Part shown: in pieces, positions 36,288 through 48,831 of the stretch
Layout of the letters: each line of letters begins with the position of its first letter
Position numbering within the stretch: position 1 is the stretch's first letter
DNA from: Malacoraja senta
Lineage: Eukaryota
Assembly: GCA_038087875.1 (NCBI GenBank)
Contig: JAXLNO010000335.1
Coordinates: 1-64,000, forward strand
Length of the DNA stretch: 64,000 nucleotides
Direction of reading: 5' to 3'
Made by a program: the position numbers and the translations under genes
Notes under the pieces: generated by a model
What the model saw: only the letters and a program-made list of their open reading frames with translations
The model's database searches: none
Told to the model about the DNA's origin: nothing

Positions 36288-37429
36288 GTCGGCTCTCCTC
36301 GGCCTGGGCAGTCAGTCTGCCGAGGGAGAAGTAAGGTTTAGTGGAGAAACAAGGAACGGCAGGTGCCGGTTTACAAAAAAGACACAAAGTGCTCGAGTAA
36401 CACAGCATCTCTGCCCGGATGCTGAACATGGATGGGCGACGTCTCAGGTTGGGACCCTTCCTCAGAAGCTGGGGAAGAAGAGTCTGACGAAGGGTCCCGG
36501 TCCAAAACGTCAACTATCCATGTTCTCCAGAGATGCTTAAGAAGGAACTGCAGATGCTGGAAAATCGAAGGTAGACAAAAGTGCTAGAGAAACTCAGCGG
36601 GTGCAGCAGCATCTATGGAGCGAAGGAAATAGGCAACATTTCGGGCTGAAACCCGAGATCAGTCTGAAGAAGGGTTTCGGCCCGAAATGTTGCCTATTTC
36701 CTTCGCTCCATAGATGCTGCTGCACCCGCTGAGTTTCTCCAGCACTTTTGTCTACCTTCTCCAGAGATGCTGCCAGACCCGCTGAGTTACTCTGGGATTC
36801 AGTGTCTATCTTCACACTAGATCTGAAGTCTGATGAAGGTTCTCGACCCGAGACGTCACCTATTCCTTCTCTCCAGAGTTGCTGTCTAACCTGCCGAGTC
36901 ACTCCAGCTTTTCTTGTCTGTCTTCGGTTTAAAATGGCATCTGCATTTCCTTGCTGCACACTAGTTCTATGTTATCCCACTTTCTCACCCAATGCTGACA
37001 CACCAATGAGGGGAGTAGGGGGGGGGGGGAGAAAATCCAGGGCAAGAGAGGGGAATATGAGATGGAGGGGGAGAGAGAGGGAAGGGGTAATCTGAGGCGG
37101 GGGGAAGGAGGGAAACCAAGGCAAGGGGAGGGAGGTGAATCGGAATAATGGGAGGGGAGCAGGGAAATCTGGGGCAAAGGGGCGAGATTTGGGGCAGGGG
37201 AGGAGGGGACTAGAAGGGGGGGAGGGATCCAGGATTGGGTGGGTCTGGGAAAGGGGGATATAGGAAAGTGGGGATCTGGGAATGAGGATCTAGGAATGGG
37301 TGGATCTAGGAAAGGGGAGATATAGGAAAGTGGGGGTTTAGGAATGAGGATCTAGGAATGGGTGGATCTCAGGCAAGAGGGGAGGGGGGGATTTAAGACG
37401 GAGGGGATCTGGGACTCGCTTCCTCCCGC

Positions 37430-37915
37430 ATTCCCTCTCCCCTCCCCTTCAATCTCTCCCCTCACCCCCACCCCCCCCTTCCCCTCTCACCTTCACTCCC
37501 CCTCCCCATACCTTCCCCTGCCCTTCCCTGTCTCCCCCATTCCTTCTCTCTCTTCCCTTCCCTCTCTCCCCTCCCCCATTCCCCCCCATCCCTCCCCCAT
37601 TCCCCCCTTCCCTCTCTCTCCCCCCTCCCCCATTCCCCCCCATCCCTCCCCCATTCCCTCTCTCCCCTCCCCCATTCCCCCCCTTCCCTCCCCCATTCCC
37701 CCCTTCCCTCTCTCCCCTCCCCCATTCCCCCCTTCCCTCCCCCCTTCCCTCTCTCCCCTCCCCCATTCCCCCCCTTCCCTCCCCCATTCCCCCCTTCCCT
37801 CTCTCCCCTCCCCCATTCCCCCCCTTCCCTCCCCATTCCCCCCTTCCCCCTTCCTCTCTCCCTCCCCCATTCCCTCTCTCCCCTCCCCCCCTCCCCCATT
37901 CCCTCCCCTCACCGC
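37430..37915. repeat. Polypyrimidine/polypurine tandem repeat (CCCCATTCCCCCCTTCCCTCT-like)
   Basis: Directly visible; G-rich on the HGH1 sense strand. Confidence 0.9.
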
Positions 37916-37950
37916 TCACCCCCGGACCACGCGAGCTCCCGACGACTCAC

Positions 37951-37990
37951 CGGATGTCCCGCCCACTGGACGCTGATCACCAGCCGGCTG
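37951..37990 (-). other. HGH1: Probable non-coding first exon of HGH1
   Basis: CCG|GTGAGT donor (ACTCAC at 37945-37950) just downstream of the promoter motifs. TSS not determined; an alternative GTGAGC donor lies near 37919. Confidence 0.55.
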
Positions 37991-38070
37991 CGCCAATAGG
38001 ATGCCGCCGTGCGCGGGGCGGGGGCGGGGGCAGGAAGTGGCCGCTTTGCCTTTTGGGAGTTGTAGTCTTC
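37990..38070 (-). promoter_or_regulatory. HGH1 CpG-rich TATA-less promoter
   Basis: CCAAT (37993-37997), tandem GC boxes [18 protein letters not shown]-like CAGGAAGTG (38031-38039), and ZNF143/THAP11-type ACTACAACTCCCAAAAGGC on - (38048-38066). Confidence 0.8.
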
Positions 38071-38209
38071 TCCGTCACATCGAGAGCGGCGGACTGCAGC
38101 GAGGGAGCGCCGCATGGTGGTTGGGGGAGGGAGCGCCGCATGGTGGTTGGGGGAGGGAGCGCCGCATGGTGGTTGGGGGGGGGGGGGGGGAGGGGAAGGG
38201 AGCGCCTCA

Positions 38210-41200
38210 TTGTTTTTATTATTATGCAAATACTTTTATTCAAAAAATAAAAAATAAAATAAAAATAATATAAATTAACACAATCAAAGGCTGCCCATGT
38301 TGACAGTTTACAAACAAACGATCATCTAATTAATATATCGCCATCTTTATCAACAATACACTCGACCTCCCCGCGGCGACCAGCGTTCACGGAAAGTCTC
38401 CAGAGTCCCCGTGGACACCACATGTTCCCTCTCCAGGGACACGCGAGCACGGACGTACTGTAGGCCCGGAAAAGGGGCAGGCAGCCGACCCCAGTGTGAC
38501 CATCGACTGTGCCCGCTGCCTGGACCCACCAATGGCCATCTTGGCCAGGCCCAGGAGCAGACGGACAGGGAGGTCCCTCCCTCCCGACCTTCACCCCTCT
38601 GCCCAAATATCAGGAACGTGGGGCTAAAACGTAGCCAATACTTGAGGAGCAGCCCATTCAGATAGTCGTACTGGGGCTGCAACCTCTCACACTCCATGGA
38701 GACATGGAACATGGTCTCTTCCTCGCCGCAGAAGTGACAGGCGGCTGGCGATTCTGTGAACCGGCTCAAGTACCTGTTATAGGCCACAGCCATGTGCAAC
38801 ACTCTCCACCCCAGGTCCCCAATGTAAAGGGGGAGAACTCCCTTATAGAAAGACCTCCACTGGGGACCACTCCTGCCGTCAGGTGGTAACACGGACCGCC
38901 AGGGAGTGTCTAGACGGAAGACAAGGGCGAGGAAATGCAGAGTGTACAGGAGCAGCCTGTACAGTGCGCGCCTCTCCGCGTCACGGAACGACACGCTATT
39001 CAACTCAGAAAGGCGACTCATGTTGCGTGTGGGCCGGCTCTCGGGAAGGGACCCGGGCCGTAGGTCCTATGAGCAATTCCGACGGAGCGGGGGTAAGCTC
39101 GGCCGGAATCGCTCCACGCTCACGCCTCTCCTCGATACCCACCGTGACAGGATGAGGACCGTCCACCCTCGCAGCCACAACACCCCCCTCCCCCTGTGGA
39201 GCAGCGCCCTGGCTGAAGGTGACCATATTCCTGGCTTTATGTTTACCTCCATAAAAACCAGGCAACTCCCGCCCAGCTTGTCCACTGATGCCCGCTACCG
39301 GGAGCTGTGTGCCCTCCTGGAGGCAGCGACCCTGGCGGAAAAAGTACGTCGTCAGCGCGTGCCATCTAGGAGGACACTCAGAATACATATACCTCCGCAG
39401 GGTCCTGAGACGGAGAGCCGCCACCTGGGTACGGACGCAAACCAGCACCTGACCGCCCTCCTCCAACAGGAGACTCAGAACCCCAGCAGAGACCCAATGA
39501 TTCCTCTCTCCCCAGAAGAAGTTCACCAACCTCCTCTGGATCATGGTGACAAATAAAGAGGGCGGGACCAGAGTGGCCAGCCGGTACCACAACATAGAGG
39601 CTACCAGCTGGTTTATGACCAATGCTCTCCCCCGGTACGAGAGCACTCCAAGGAGGCCTGACCGACGCCCTAGCCGGGCGACGACTTTCGCCTCTAGCTC
39701 CTGCCAGTTCGCCGGCCAAGCCCCCTCAGTGGGACTCAGGTAGACCCCCAGGTAGAGGAGGTGCGTTGTGCTCCACGCATAAGATGTCTTCTCCTCTGGC
39801 AGGGAGTCCACCTCCCACTGACCCACCAAGAGACCATAACACTTCCCCCAGTTGATCCTGGCGGTGGACGCAGCTGAGAAAACCTGCTGGCACTCGTCAT
39901 CCTCCGCAGGTCAATAGGGTCGGTGAACATCAGAAGGACATCATCGGCATAGGCCGAGAAAACCACCTCCACCCCCGGCCCCGGTAAAGCCAGGCCTGTC
40001 AACCGCCTCCGGAGAAGGCACAGGAATGGCTCTACACAGACGGACTACAGCTGGCCGGACATGTGACATCCCTAATGTACCCCCCTTCCTAAAGTGAATG
40101 GGGGCCAACAAAGAGCCGTTGACCTTAACAAGGCATTCCGTAGCAGCGTACAAAAGCCGCACTCGGGCCACGAAGTGCGGTCCAAATCCGAACGCCTGCA
40201 GAGTCCCAAGAAGGTAGTCGTGCTCCACCCTGTCAAACGCCTTCTCCTGGTCAAGGGAGAGAAAGGCGATGGACTGTCCAGCCCCCTGGGACAGATGGAT
40301 CAGGTCCCGGACCAGATGGATATTGTCCTGGATGGACCGGCCCAGGACTGTGTAGGACTGGTCCGGGTGGATCACTTGGGACAGCACGGGACCCAGGCGA
40401 TTCGCCATTGCCCGTGCAAAGCCTTTGTATTCTGTGCTGAGGAGAGAGACCGGGCGCCAGTTCTTCAAAAGGCGGAGATGCCCTTCTTGGGCAGCAGGAC
40501 AACAACTGCCCTGCGCCACGAGAAGGGCGTCTCCCCGGTCGCCAGGCTCTCCTCCAGGACCTTCATATAGTCACCCCCCAGGACATCCCAGTAGGCTCTA
40601 AGGTACCCCACAGTCGGCCCATCTAGCCCTGGAGACTTGCCCCCCCCTGAGCTGGTGCAGGGTAGCAGTCAGCTCCTCCAGAGTTAAGGGATCATCGAGG
40701 CGCTCAGCCACCTCTTTGCACACTACGGGTAAGCCCCCCCACAGGACCCCCAGCGCATCCCCACTAGATGTACCTGCAGAGAACAGAGTCCTGTAGAAAG
40801 ACTGAACCGAGGCACCGACCCTCTCTGGATTTGTAACAGAGGAGCCATCATCCGCAAGCAACTCAACGAGCTGCTCCAGATAGAAGAAAAAGGGAGAGGC
40901 GCGGTCCAGATTGTGCAACATCTGGACTCTCGACCTCACACATGCACCCCGGGACCTCCTAAGCTGCAAGTCTCTCAGCGCACCCTTCTTCTCCTGGTAC
41001 TCCCGCCACTCGCACGAGTCCCCGCCAGTCCGACCCAGGCGAGACTCTGAGTCGAGCAATTCTCTCTCAAGCCGTCTGATCTCGGAGTCCCGCCCTTGGC
41101 CGACCCCCTCGCATAGTACTGGCAAAACAGACGGACGTAGGCCTTCCCCACGTCCCACCACTGCCTTAGGGAAAGGAAACGCCCCTGCCTCTCTCTCCGC

Positions 41201-42987
41201 TTCACCCAGAACTTCCTGAACGAATCCTGGAATCGGCGATCCTCCGGTTATTAAAATGCCAGTACATGGACCCTGCCTGTGTGCGCACTGGGATAAAGTC
41301 CACTCGCACCAGGCAGTGGTCCGAGCACGGCACTGGCCGCATGGAGGCCGCCGAGACACAAGAGACATAGGCCTTGGAAACGTACAAGTGGTCAATACCG
41401 GAACCACCACCCTCAAACCTGTACGAGAAGGCACTAGACTCAGGATGGAAATTCCGCTACGCATCGACCTGCTCAAAACAGTCTACCCGCTCCCTTAATG
41501 TCTTCACTGCTGCTGGGTCACGCTGAACGCCAGAGCGATCTCTCGCCTCAAGGGTACAATTAAAAATCTCCCCCAAGGGAAACACACTCTCCACGGTTGA
41601 TGATATTCAACAAAGTGGTCACCTCCCGGGTTAGGCGCATCTGCATTGCGCCGATCTTGGGGGCGTATGCATTGATAAAGTATAATGGCACGCCATCCAG
41701 GCGCACGGCCAGATACAGCAACCGGCCTGGTTCAATTTCCTGCACCTTTAGGATCTCCGGCTGGAAAGATGGGGCCAACAGGAAAGCCACTCCACTCGAA
41801 TTGGAGTTAAGATGGGGGTCATGTAGACCCCCCCCTTCCCACTCCAGGAGCCAGGTGGGTTCATCACTAGCCACAGTGTGTGTTTCCTGCAAGAAGCTCA
41901 CCGCGTACCTCCCGTCCCTGAGCACCGAGAGGTGGTGAAACCTGCGGAGAGACCCCCTGCCCCCATTGGTATTCAGGCAGGCTATAGTGATCTTAGTGAA
42001 TTTACACTAGATCTTTTACCAGCACCCGGTGAAGGACTGGAGCCGCCCCTAGCCTTCTGCCCTCTCTTTAGGGCTTTAAAAAGCACTTGGAACTGGCGCC
42101 GCTCATTTTCCGTGAGACCCTCCTCCTTTCCTTTCTTCTGAAGGATGGCATAAATGGACTGCGTGGGTCCCGCCAGATCCGACCAGCGGTCAGCAGTCAA
42201 CTCCGCCTTAGACTCAGACTTCAACAAGTGGAGACACGGGGCCGCGGGTGGGACAGTCCGTCAACTCACTGTCGATGAAGTCTGCATCACCCTCCTCCCC
42301 GCACTCAATGTCCGAGTCTGAGTCCGGGCAGTTCCTACTCTCAGCCGCCTCGCTCGCTCACCCCTCCCTGTGAGGTGGGCGTGCCGGCCACATCACACGG
42401 TCCCTCCTCCGTCACCATCCCACCCCCAGGATCAGTGACGGGGGCAGGTACTGGTGCCTCTGACTGCGACAAGCTGCCTGGTGAATGGCCAGTCTCCCGC
42501 ACGCTGCCACCGCCCTCTGTAACCGGATTGGGAACAGTGAAATCTGAGGAAATCTCCAGGGCGGGCAGTGAACGGACCTGTCTGGAGTCTGACCAATCCG
42601 AAAAGACACTGCCCTTCTCCGCACCCATTGTACCCGCCCCTGCACCGTCACCCAAAGAGTCCCCGACTTCCACCACCAGGGCAGGAAAGCACCTCACTGT
42701 GGCCTTCAGGGGCCGATGTTCCTTGAATCTCCCCTGCTCCTTCTGCCGGTTGGGCAGCACACCCCTCATCTGGGCTTGTAGCCTCAACGGGGAGCACAGT
42801 CTTCCCCTTCAGGCTGCCCCTGGTCATCCTCTAAGCCAGGGGACACGTTCTCTGGGGGAACAGCTCCCACAGGTAGGGTGTCGGCACCCTCAGGTGGTCC
42901 ATGTACTGTAGAGGCATCCTCCAGCTCTGAGGAAGCGTGTCCTGGGTACTCCACCTCAACAGGGGGTTGAAGGTCCCCCTTCAGGTT
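38210..42987 (-). mobile_element. Tx1/L1-clade LINE, about 4.8 kb, 5'-truncated in ORF1, ORF2 decayed
   Basis: APE endonuclease (FLQETH, SSGVAFL, INAYAP, GGDF, SDH), RT (KNWRPVSLL, LDQEKAFDRV, YADDV), CHFC..H zinc knuckle; TSD GCGCCTCA at 38202-38209 and 42988-42995. Confidence 0.9.
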
Positions 42988-42995
42988 GCGCCTCA

Positions 42996-43582
42996 CTGTG
43001 GGAGGGGCGGTGAGGGAGTGCCGCATGGTGGGAGGGGCGGTGAGGGAGCGCTGCATGTTTGTTGGGGGGGTGAGGGAGCGCTGCATGGTTGTTGGGGGGT
43101 GAGGGAGCGCTGCATGGTTGTTGGGGGGGTGAGGGAGTGCCACATGGTGGGAGGGGCGGTGAGGGAGCGCTGCATGTTTGTTGGGGGGGTGAGGGAGTGC
43201 TGCATGGTTGTTGGGGGGGTGAGGGAGCGCTGCATGTTTGTTGGGGGGGTGAGGGAGTGCCACATGGTGGGAGGGGCGGTGAGGGAGCGCTGCATGTTTG
43301 TTGGGGGGGTGAGGGAGTGCCACATGGTGGGAGGGGCGGTGAGGGAGCACTGCATGTTTATTGGGGGGGTGAGGGAGCGCTGCATGGTTGTTGGGGGGGT
43401 GAGGGAGCGCTGCATGGTTGTTGGGGGGGGGTGAGGGAGCGCTGCATGGTTGTTGGGGGGGGTGAGGGAGCGCTGCATGGTTGTTGGGGGGGGTGAGGGA
43501 GCGCTGCATGGTTGTTGGGGGGTGAGGGAGTGCTGCATGTTTGTTGGGGGGGTGAGGGAGTGCCGCATGGTGGGAGGGGCGG
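42996..43582. repeat. Approx. 29-30 bp G-rich minisatellite (GTGAGGGAGCGCTGCATGGTTGTTGGGGGG)
   Basis: About 20 tandem units; related units at 38100-38200 on the other side of the Tx1 insertion. Confidence 0.92.
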
Positions 43583-43797
43583 TACCGAGGGTGAGGTAGT
43601 GCCAAAAAAATTCCAAATATTCATAACACTCTTTGCAGGCGGATTTGTTTTAGTCCAATGCCCTAGATTGAGAAAGTAGACAAAGAGAGGTGAGGGGGAA
43701 GGTGAAGTAAGAACTTTCATCAGAGGGTGATGAATCTGTGGAATTCATTGCCACGGGCGGCGGTGGAGGCCAAGTCAATGGATATTTGTAAGGCAGA

Positions 43798-44108
43798 TGG
43801 ATGGAGAGAGGCATCACCCCAGACGAATGCCTCGCTACCGGCCACGATCAACCTTGGGCTGTCTGGAAAACACTGAACCGCCTGCGGGTCGGCGAAGGAC
43901 ACTGCAAGGTGTCCATGAAGAAATGGAAAATAACAACTTCCGATGCATATGTGTGTGGCAAATCCCAAACCATGGGAACACATCATGAGATGTAGTCCAG
44001 TTCCACAATGTACCGAAGATGACTTGGCCGAACCAAATGCCGCTGCGCTCGCCTGCGCCAACCACTGGAAAGACGTGATATAGAAGATGGCCGGACACGA
44101 GGAAGAAG
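43798..44108 (+). mobile_element. RTE-X-like LINE 3' fragment
   Basis: WAVWKTLNRLRVGEGHCK...WK...CGKSQTM.HI..C; (GAA)n tail; candidate TSD AAGGCAGA inside a CR1 tail. Confidence 0.65.
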
Positions 44109-46813
44109 AAGGCAGAGATAGATGGATTTGATTAGTATGGGTGCCAGGGGTTATGGGGAGGAGACAGGAGAATGGGGTTGAGAAGGAAAAATAGATTAGC
44201 AGAGTAGAATTGATGGGCCAAATGGCCCAATTCAGCTCCTAGAAGTTATAAACTAAACATGAACTGACAAGTGATATTGTAATTAATTTATTAGCCAAGT
44301 ATGTGAAAACATACAAGGAATTTGATTTGCCATACAGTCATACCAAAAATGCAACAAGACACAACTACATAAAAGTTAACATAAACATCCACCACAGCTG
44401 CTCCCCCACATTCCTCACTGTGATAGAAGGCAATAAAGGCGTATCTTCTTTCCTCCTTATGTGGATAGACCAGCATCTGCAGTTCCTTCCTGCGCAGGTG
44501 ATCGGTGGATGCAGGTGAGGAGTGGTGATGGGTGGAGGGAGTGACAAAGGCTAGAGGTGAAGTCGAGATTAATGTGTGCAGGAAGGTGGAGCACGAAATG
44601 TGGAACCAGAGGCAGGATATTGACTGAAAGGCAATAGGTGTGGGTGGTGAAGACCTGTTTGCAAAACAGGTTTTGGACCTGCTGAGTGCCTCCAACGGGG
44701 TGGAAGATTGCAACCTTCACGTGTCCGCCCTGTTTCAACGAATGCAATCAACCTGGCGGGCACAATCAAATAGAACAAGTTGTCCTACAACTTTAGGCTG
44801 TGCACGCCATACGCAAGAAGAACACCTGCTGAGTGCCTCCAACATGTTTTGGTTTCATTTTCCCCAGTTCTATACTTATTTCTGATGTTAAGTTTCCTTT
44901 CGCTAAACACAAAGTGCTGAAGGAACTCAGCACATCACAATCACTATAATACTTTATTAGCCAAGTATGTTTTGCAACATACGCGGAATTTCATTTGCCA
45001 ATTTCACAAATAAAAAGCAATGGAGCAATTTAATGTTTAAGAAGGAACTGCAGATGCTGGAAAATCGAAGGTAGACAAAAATGCTGGAGAAACTCAGCGG
45101 GTGCGGCAGCATCTATGGAGCGAAGGAAATAGGCAACGTTTCGGGCCGAAACCCTTCTTCAGACTGATTTTAATGTTCCTTTAAGTTCTCCCATTTGAAA
45201 GGCAACAAGATGGAGACACAAAGGAATGCAGGAATCTTGAGCTAAACGCAAAGTGCTGGAGGAACTCATCAGGTTAGGTGGCATATGTGATGGGAATTGG
45301 CAGACATCCACCACAGTGACTCCTCCACATTCCTCACTGTGATGAAAGGCGAAAAAAAGTTCAATCTCTTCCCTTCTTTGCTCTCCCGCGGTCAGGGGCT
45401 TCGAGCCCTCCGTTGACGGGACGATCTTGACTCCCGTAGCCGGCAGCGTTTGGGCCCTCCGCATCAGGGCGATCAGCTCCTGCACCGGGGGGGTGTCAGC
45501 TCCCCCGCACCAGTTGGATCAGGGTAGCTGTGAAAGGAAATGGACAAACAATGTTTTGGGTTGGGACCCTTCTTCAGACTGATCGGTCTGAAGAATGGTC
45601 CTAACCCAAAATGTTGCCTGTCCATTCCCTCCACATATGCTACCTCACCTGCTGAGTTCCTCCAGCACTTTGCGTTCTGTTCAAGATTCCAGCATCTGCA
45701 GTTCTTTGTGTCTCCATCTTGTTTCCTTTGAAATGGGAGAACGCAAAGGGACATTTAATTTGGAGGGCCTGTTTCCAGTTGTTTTGTGAAAATTTCTGCG
45801 AGTTCTGCCAAAAGAAACATAAAATATTTATTTGTTTTATTTCTTTATTTCCCAGTGCAATCTATTCTGTCTCAGTCTATCTGGGCATGCATTAACTTTA
45901 GCGAACCTTTTCTATTTTACAGAATTACAAGTAGCTATGGTAAAAATTTTTTTTTTTGCTTGGTCACCCCAGTATTCTCCCTCCCTCTCCTTATACAAAC
46001 ATAGAAAATAGGTGCAGGTTTAGGCCATTCGGCCCTTTGAGCCAGCACCACCATTCAATATGATCATGACTGATCATCCAAAATCAGTACCCCGTTCTTG
46101 CTTTCTTCCCATATCCCTTGATTCCGTTAGCCCTAAGAGCTAAATCTAACACTCTTTTGAAAACATCCAGTGAATTGGCCTCCACTGCTTTCTGTGGCAT
46201 TTTATAATTTTACATATCAAATTATAAAAGGACTGGACAAGGCAGATGCAGGAAAAATGTTCCCGAAGTTGGGCGAATCCAGAACCAGGGGCCACAGTCT
46301 TAGAATAAAGGGGAAGAAAAAACATTTTCACCCAGAGAGTTGTGAATGTGTGGAATTCCCTGCCACAGAGGGCAGTGGAGGCCAAATCACTGGATGGATT
46401 TAAGAGAGAGTTAGATAGAGCTATAGGGGCTGGTGGAATCAAGGGATATGGGGAGAAGGCAGGCACGGGTTATTGATTGGGGACGATCAGCCATGATCAC
46501 AATGAATGGCGGTGCTGGCTCGAAGGGCCAAATGGCCTCCTCCTGCACCTATTTTCTATGTTTCTATGTGGCAGAGAATTCCACAGATTCACAACTCTCT
46601 GGGTGAAAAAGTTTTTCCTCATCTCAATCCTAAATAGCCTACCCCTTATTCTTAAACTGTGACCCCTGGTTCTGGATTTCCCCAACACCGGGGAAATTTT
46701 TCCTGCATCTAGCCTGTCCAATCCCTTAAGAATTTATATGTTTCCATAAGATCACCTCTCATCCTTCTAAATTCCAGTGAATATAAGCCCAGTCGATCCA
46801 TTCTATCATCATA

Positions 46814-48170
46814 CTAGACCAAGTGGGACCCGTTGCCTATTTCCTTTGCTCCATGGATGCTGCCTCACCCGCTGAGTTTCTCCAGCATTTTTGTCTACCT
46901 TCGATTTTCCAGCATCTGCAGTTCCTTCTTGAATGTTTTAAATTCAAAGTCTTTTGATGTTTTTAAACTTCTTACTTACTTTTAATCAGTAATGTCGAAA
47001 AAATAAAGCATAAAATGTTCAGATAAGGTGATCATGGCCTAGAAGGGAAATATGTGAATCAGAATATGTAAAAATGTAATCATTACCGAGTAGTGTTTTT
47101 GCGAAGATGTAAAGACAACCACATATGCACACACACACATATTCACATATACACACGTACAAGATCAGACTTTTAATAAGTACTAGACTAAGTGGGAGGG
47201 CTGGTCCCCTAACGCAATATTCCACCTCTCCACCAATTCCAATATTGCTGCCCAGTGGGGGGGGGGGGGGCTTTCTGGAGCGCTAGCATGGGTGTTGTGG
47301 GCCGAAGGGACTGGTTTCCAGAGGGCTAGTATGGACATTGTGGGCCGAATGTTCTTGAGCTGGCAGCTCAGTCACTGAGACCACTCACACACACACACAT
47401 ATATACACACACACACACTCACAAACACATACGCACACACACACACACACATTCACACACACAAACACATACACACACACTCACTGACTCCCACACCATA
47501 TATATATGGCAGTAAACCTTCTTGAATACTCACACGGCTGAGCACGGCCTCTCCAATTTGGGGCTTCCGCAGTCAGCGGCACTTCCGCAATCAGCGCGAC
47601 CTCTGCACTCACCAGAAATTACGCAATCAGCGCGACCTGTCCACTAAGCTGAAGTCATGAAATGAGCGGGACTTTTATTAGGTCCGACCAGACACAGTCG
47701 GACCTAATAAAGCATTTATTCCTTCCAAACACAGTCGGACCTAATAAAGCATTTATTCCTTCCAAACACAGTCGGACCTAATAAAGCATTGCAGTTTCAA
47801 GCACAGTCAGGGCCGCAGGCCAAACAACTCATGGCATTGTCATTGAGGGCTAACAAATCATTTATTGCAAGTACATTGCAGAGTGACTGAGTCACGTCCA
47901 GGCATCCAGGGTTTTATAGTCCTGGCCACCCCCCCCCCCCCCCACCACCCCGGTAGGGTGGTGTTTGACAGGCGAGAGGATCTCAAGGTTTTTTAAACAC
48001 TCATAACTATTTTATTTTTCATCGATGGGAAAAATCCTCGGGGCCTGCTCGGTGGAGGAGGATTGTGAGCAAGATGGGCAAAATCATAGCGATATATGGT
48101 AGCGTTTTTTCTAAAATCAATATACAGCGCAGACATGAAGTGGTCAAGATGAGACTTTTAATTATATAGA
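46814..48170 (-). mobile_element. Composite non-autonomous Helitron
   Basis: 5' TCTATATAATTAAAAGTCTC at 48170 and 3' CTAG at 46814-46817; inserted between A and T of a CR1 sequence that rejoins seamlessly with no TSD; second internal CTAG end at 47183. Confidence 0.85.
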
Positions 48171-48372
48171 TGTCAGTCCCGCCATCCTGGGAATTGTCAG
48201 TGCTTTATTTCCCTTCTGTTAAATTCTGTTTTTTTTAATATAAGGTGAATGCACAGAATCCTTTTCCTAGGGTAGAGGAATCATGAACTAGATGGAAAAG
48301 GTATAAGCTGAGAGGAGAAAGATTTAATAGTAACCCGTAGGGTGGCAACCTAACACAGATTGTGGTGGTTTA

Positions 48373-48795
48373 AGGGTCTGTCCCACTTTCACGAGGTAAT
48401 TCACAAATTCTCCCGAGTTTTCCCCTTGATTCAAACTCGCAGAATGTTCGTATCGAGTCCGTAGGAGGTCGTAGGAGTTTGTAGATATATCGTAGCGGCC
48501 CGTTATGCCAGCCGTAGGTACTCGTGGCATCAGGTAAGTCGGGACATTTTTTCCAGCCCGATAAAGAATGTCCACGAGTTTAAAAAATGGTCTGGGTGAA
48601 AGAAATTGCAACTTTTTACTCGTAAGGAGGGCATCGAAATAGTCGTGGGAATTCGTAGACATACTCATAGGAGTTCATGAACATAGTCGTGGAAGGTCGT
48701 AGGAGCTCGTAGATTACCGCGATCTTGATTTTTTTTTTAGGTCCTTTAAACTCGGCAGAGGTTTTGAATTAAGTCGTGGAAGTGGGACAGGCCCT
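48373..48795. mobile_element. PIF/Harbinger MITE
   Basis: TIRs AGGG(T/C)CTGTCCCACTT(T/C)CACGA; TTA TSD at 48370-48372 and 48796-48798. Confidence 0.85.
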
Positions 48796-48831
48796 TTATG
48801 GTATGAGTTGCAAGAGGATGTGGTTGAAACA

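Noticed and set aside
35689..36513. 274-aa ORF as the true HGH1 N-terminus
   Set aside because: Its first ~90 residues come from intronic repeat and the wrong frame; the real start is ATG 36287 with a 1-bp frameshift.
37362..37976. Pro-rich and Gly/Glu-rich ORFs
   Set aside because: Translation of a polypyrimidine tandem repeat.
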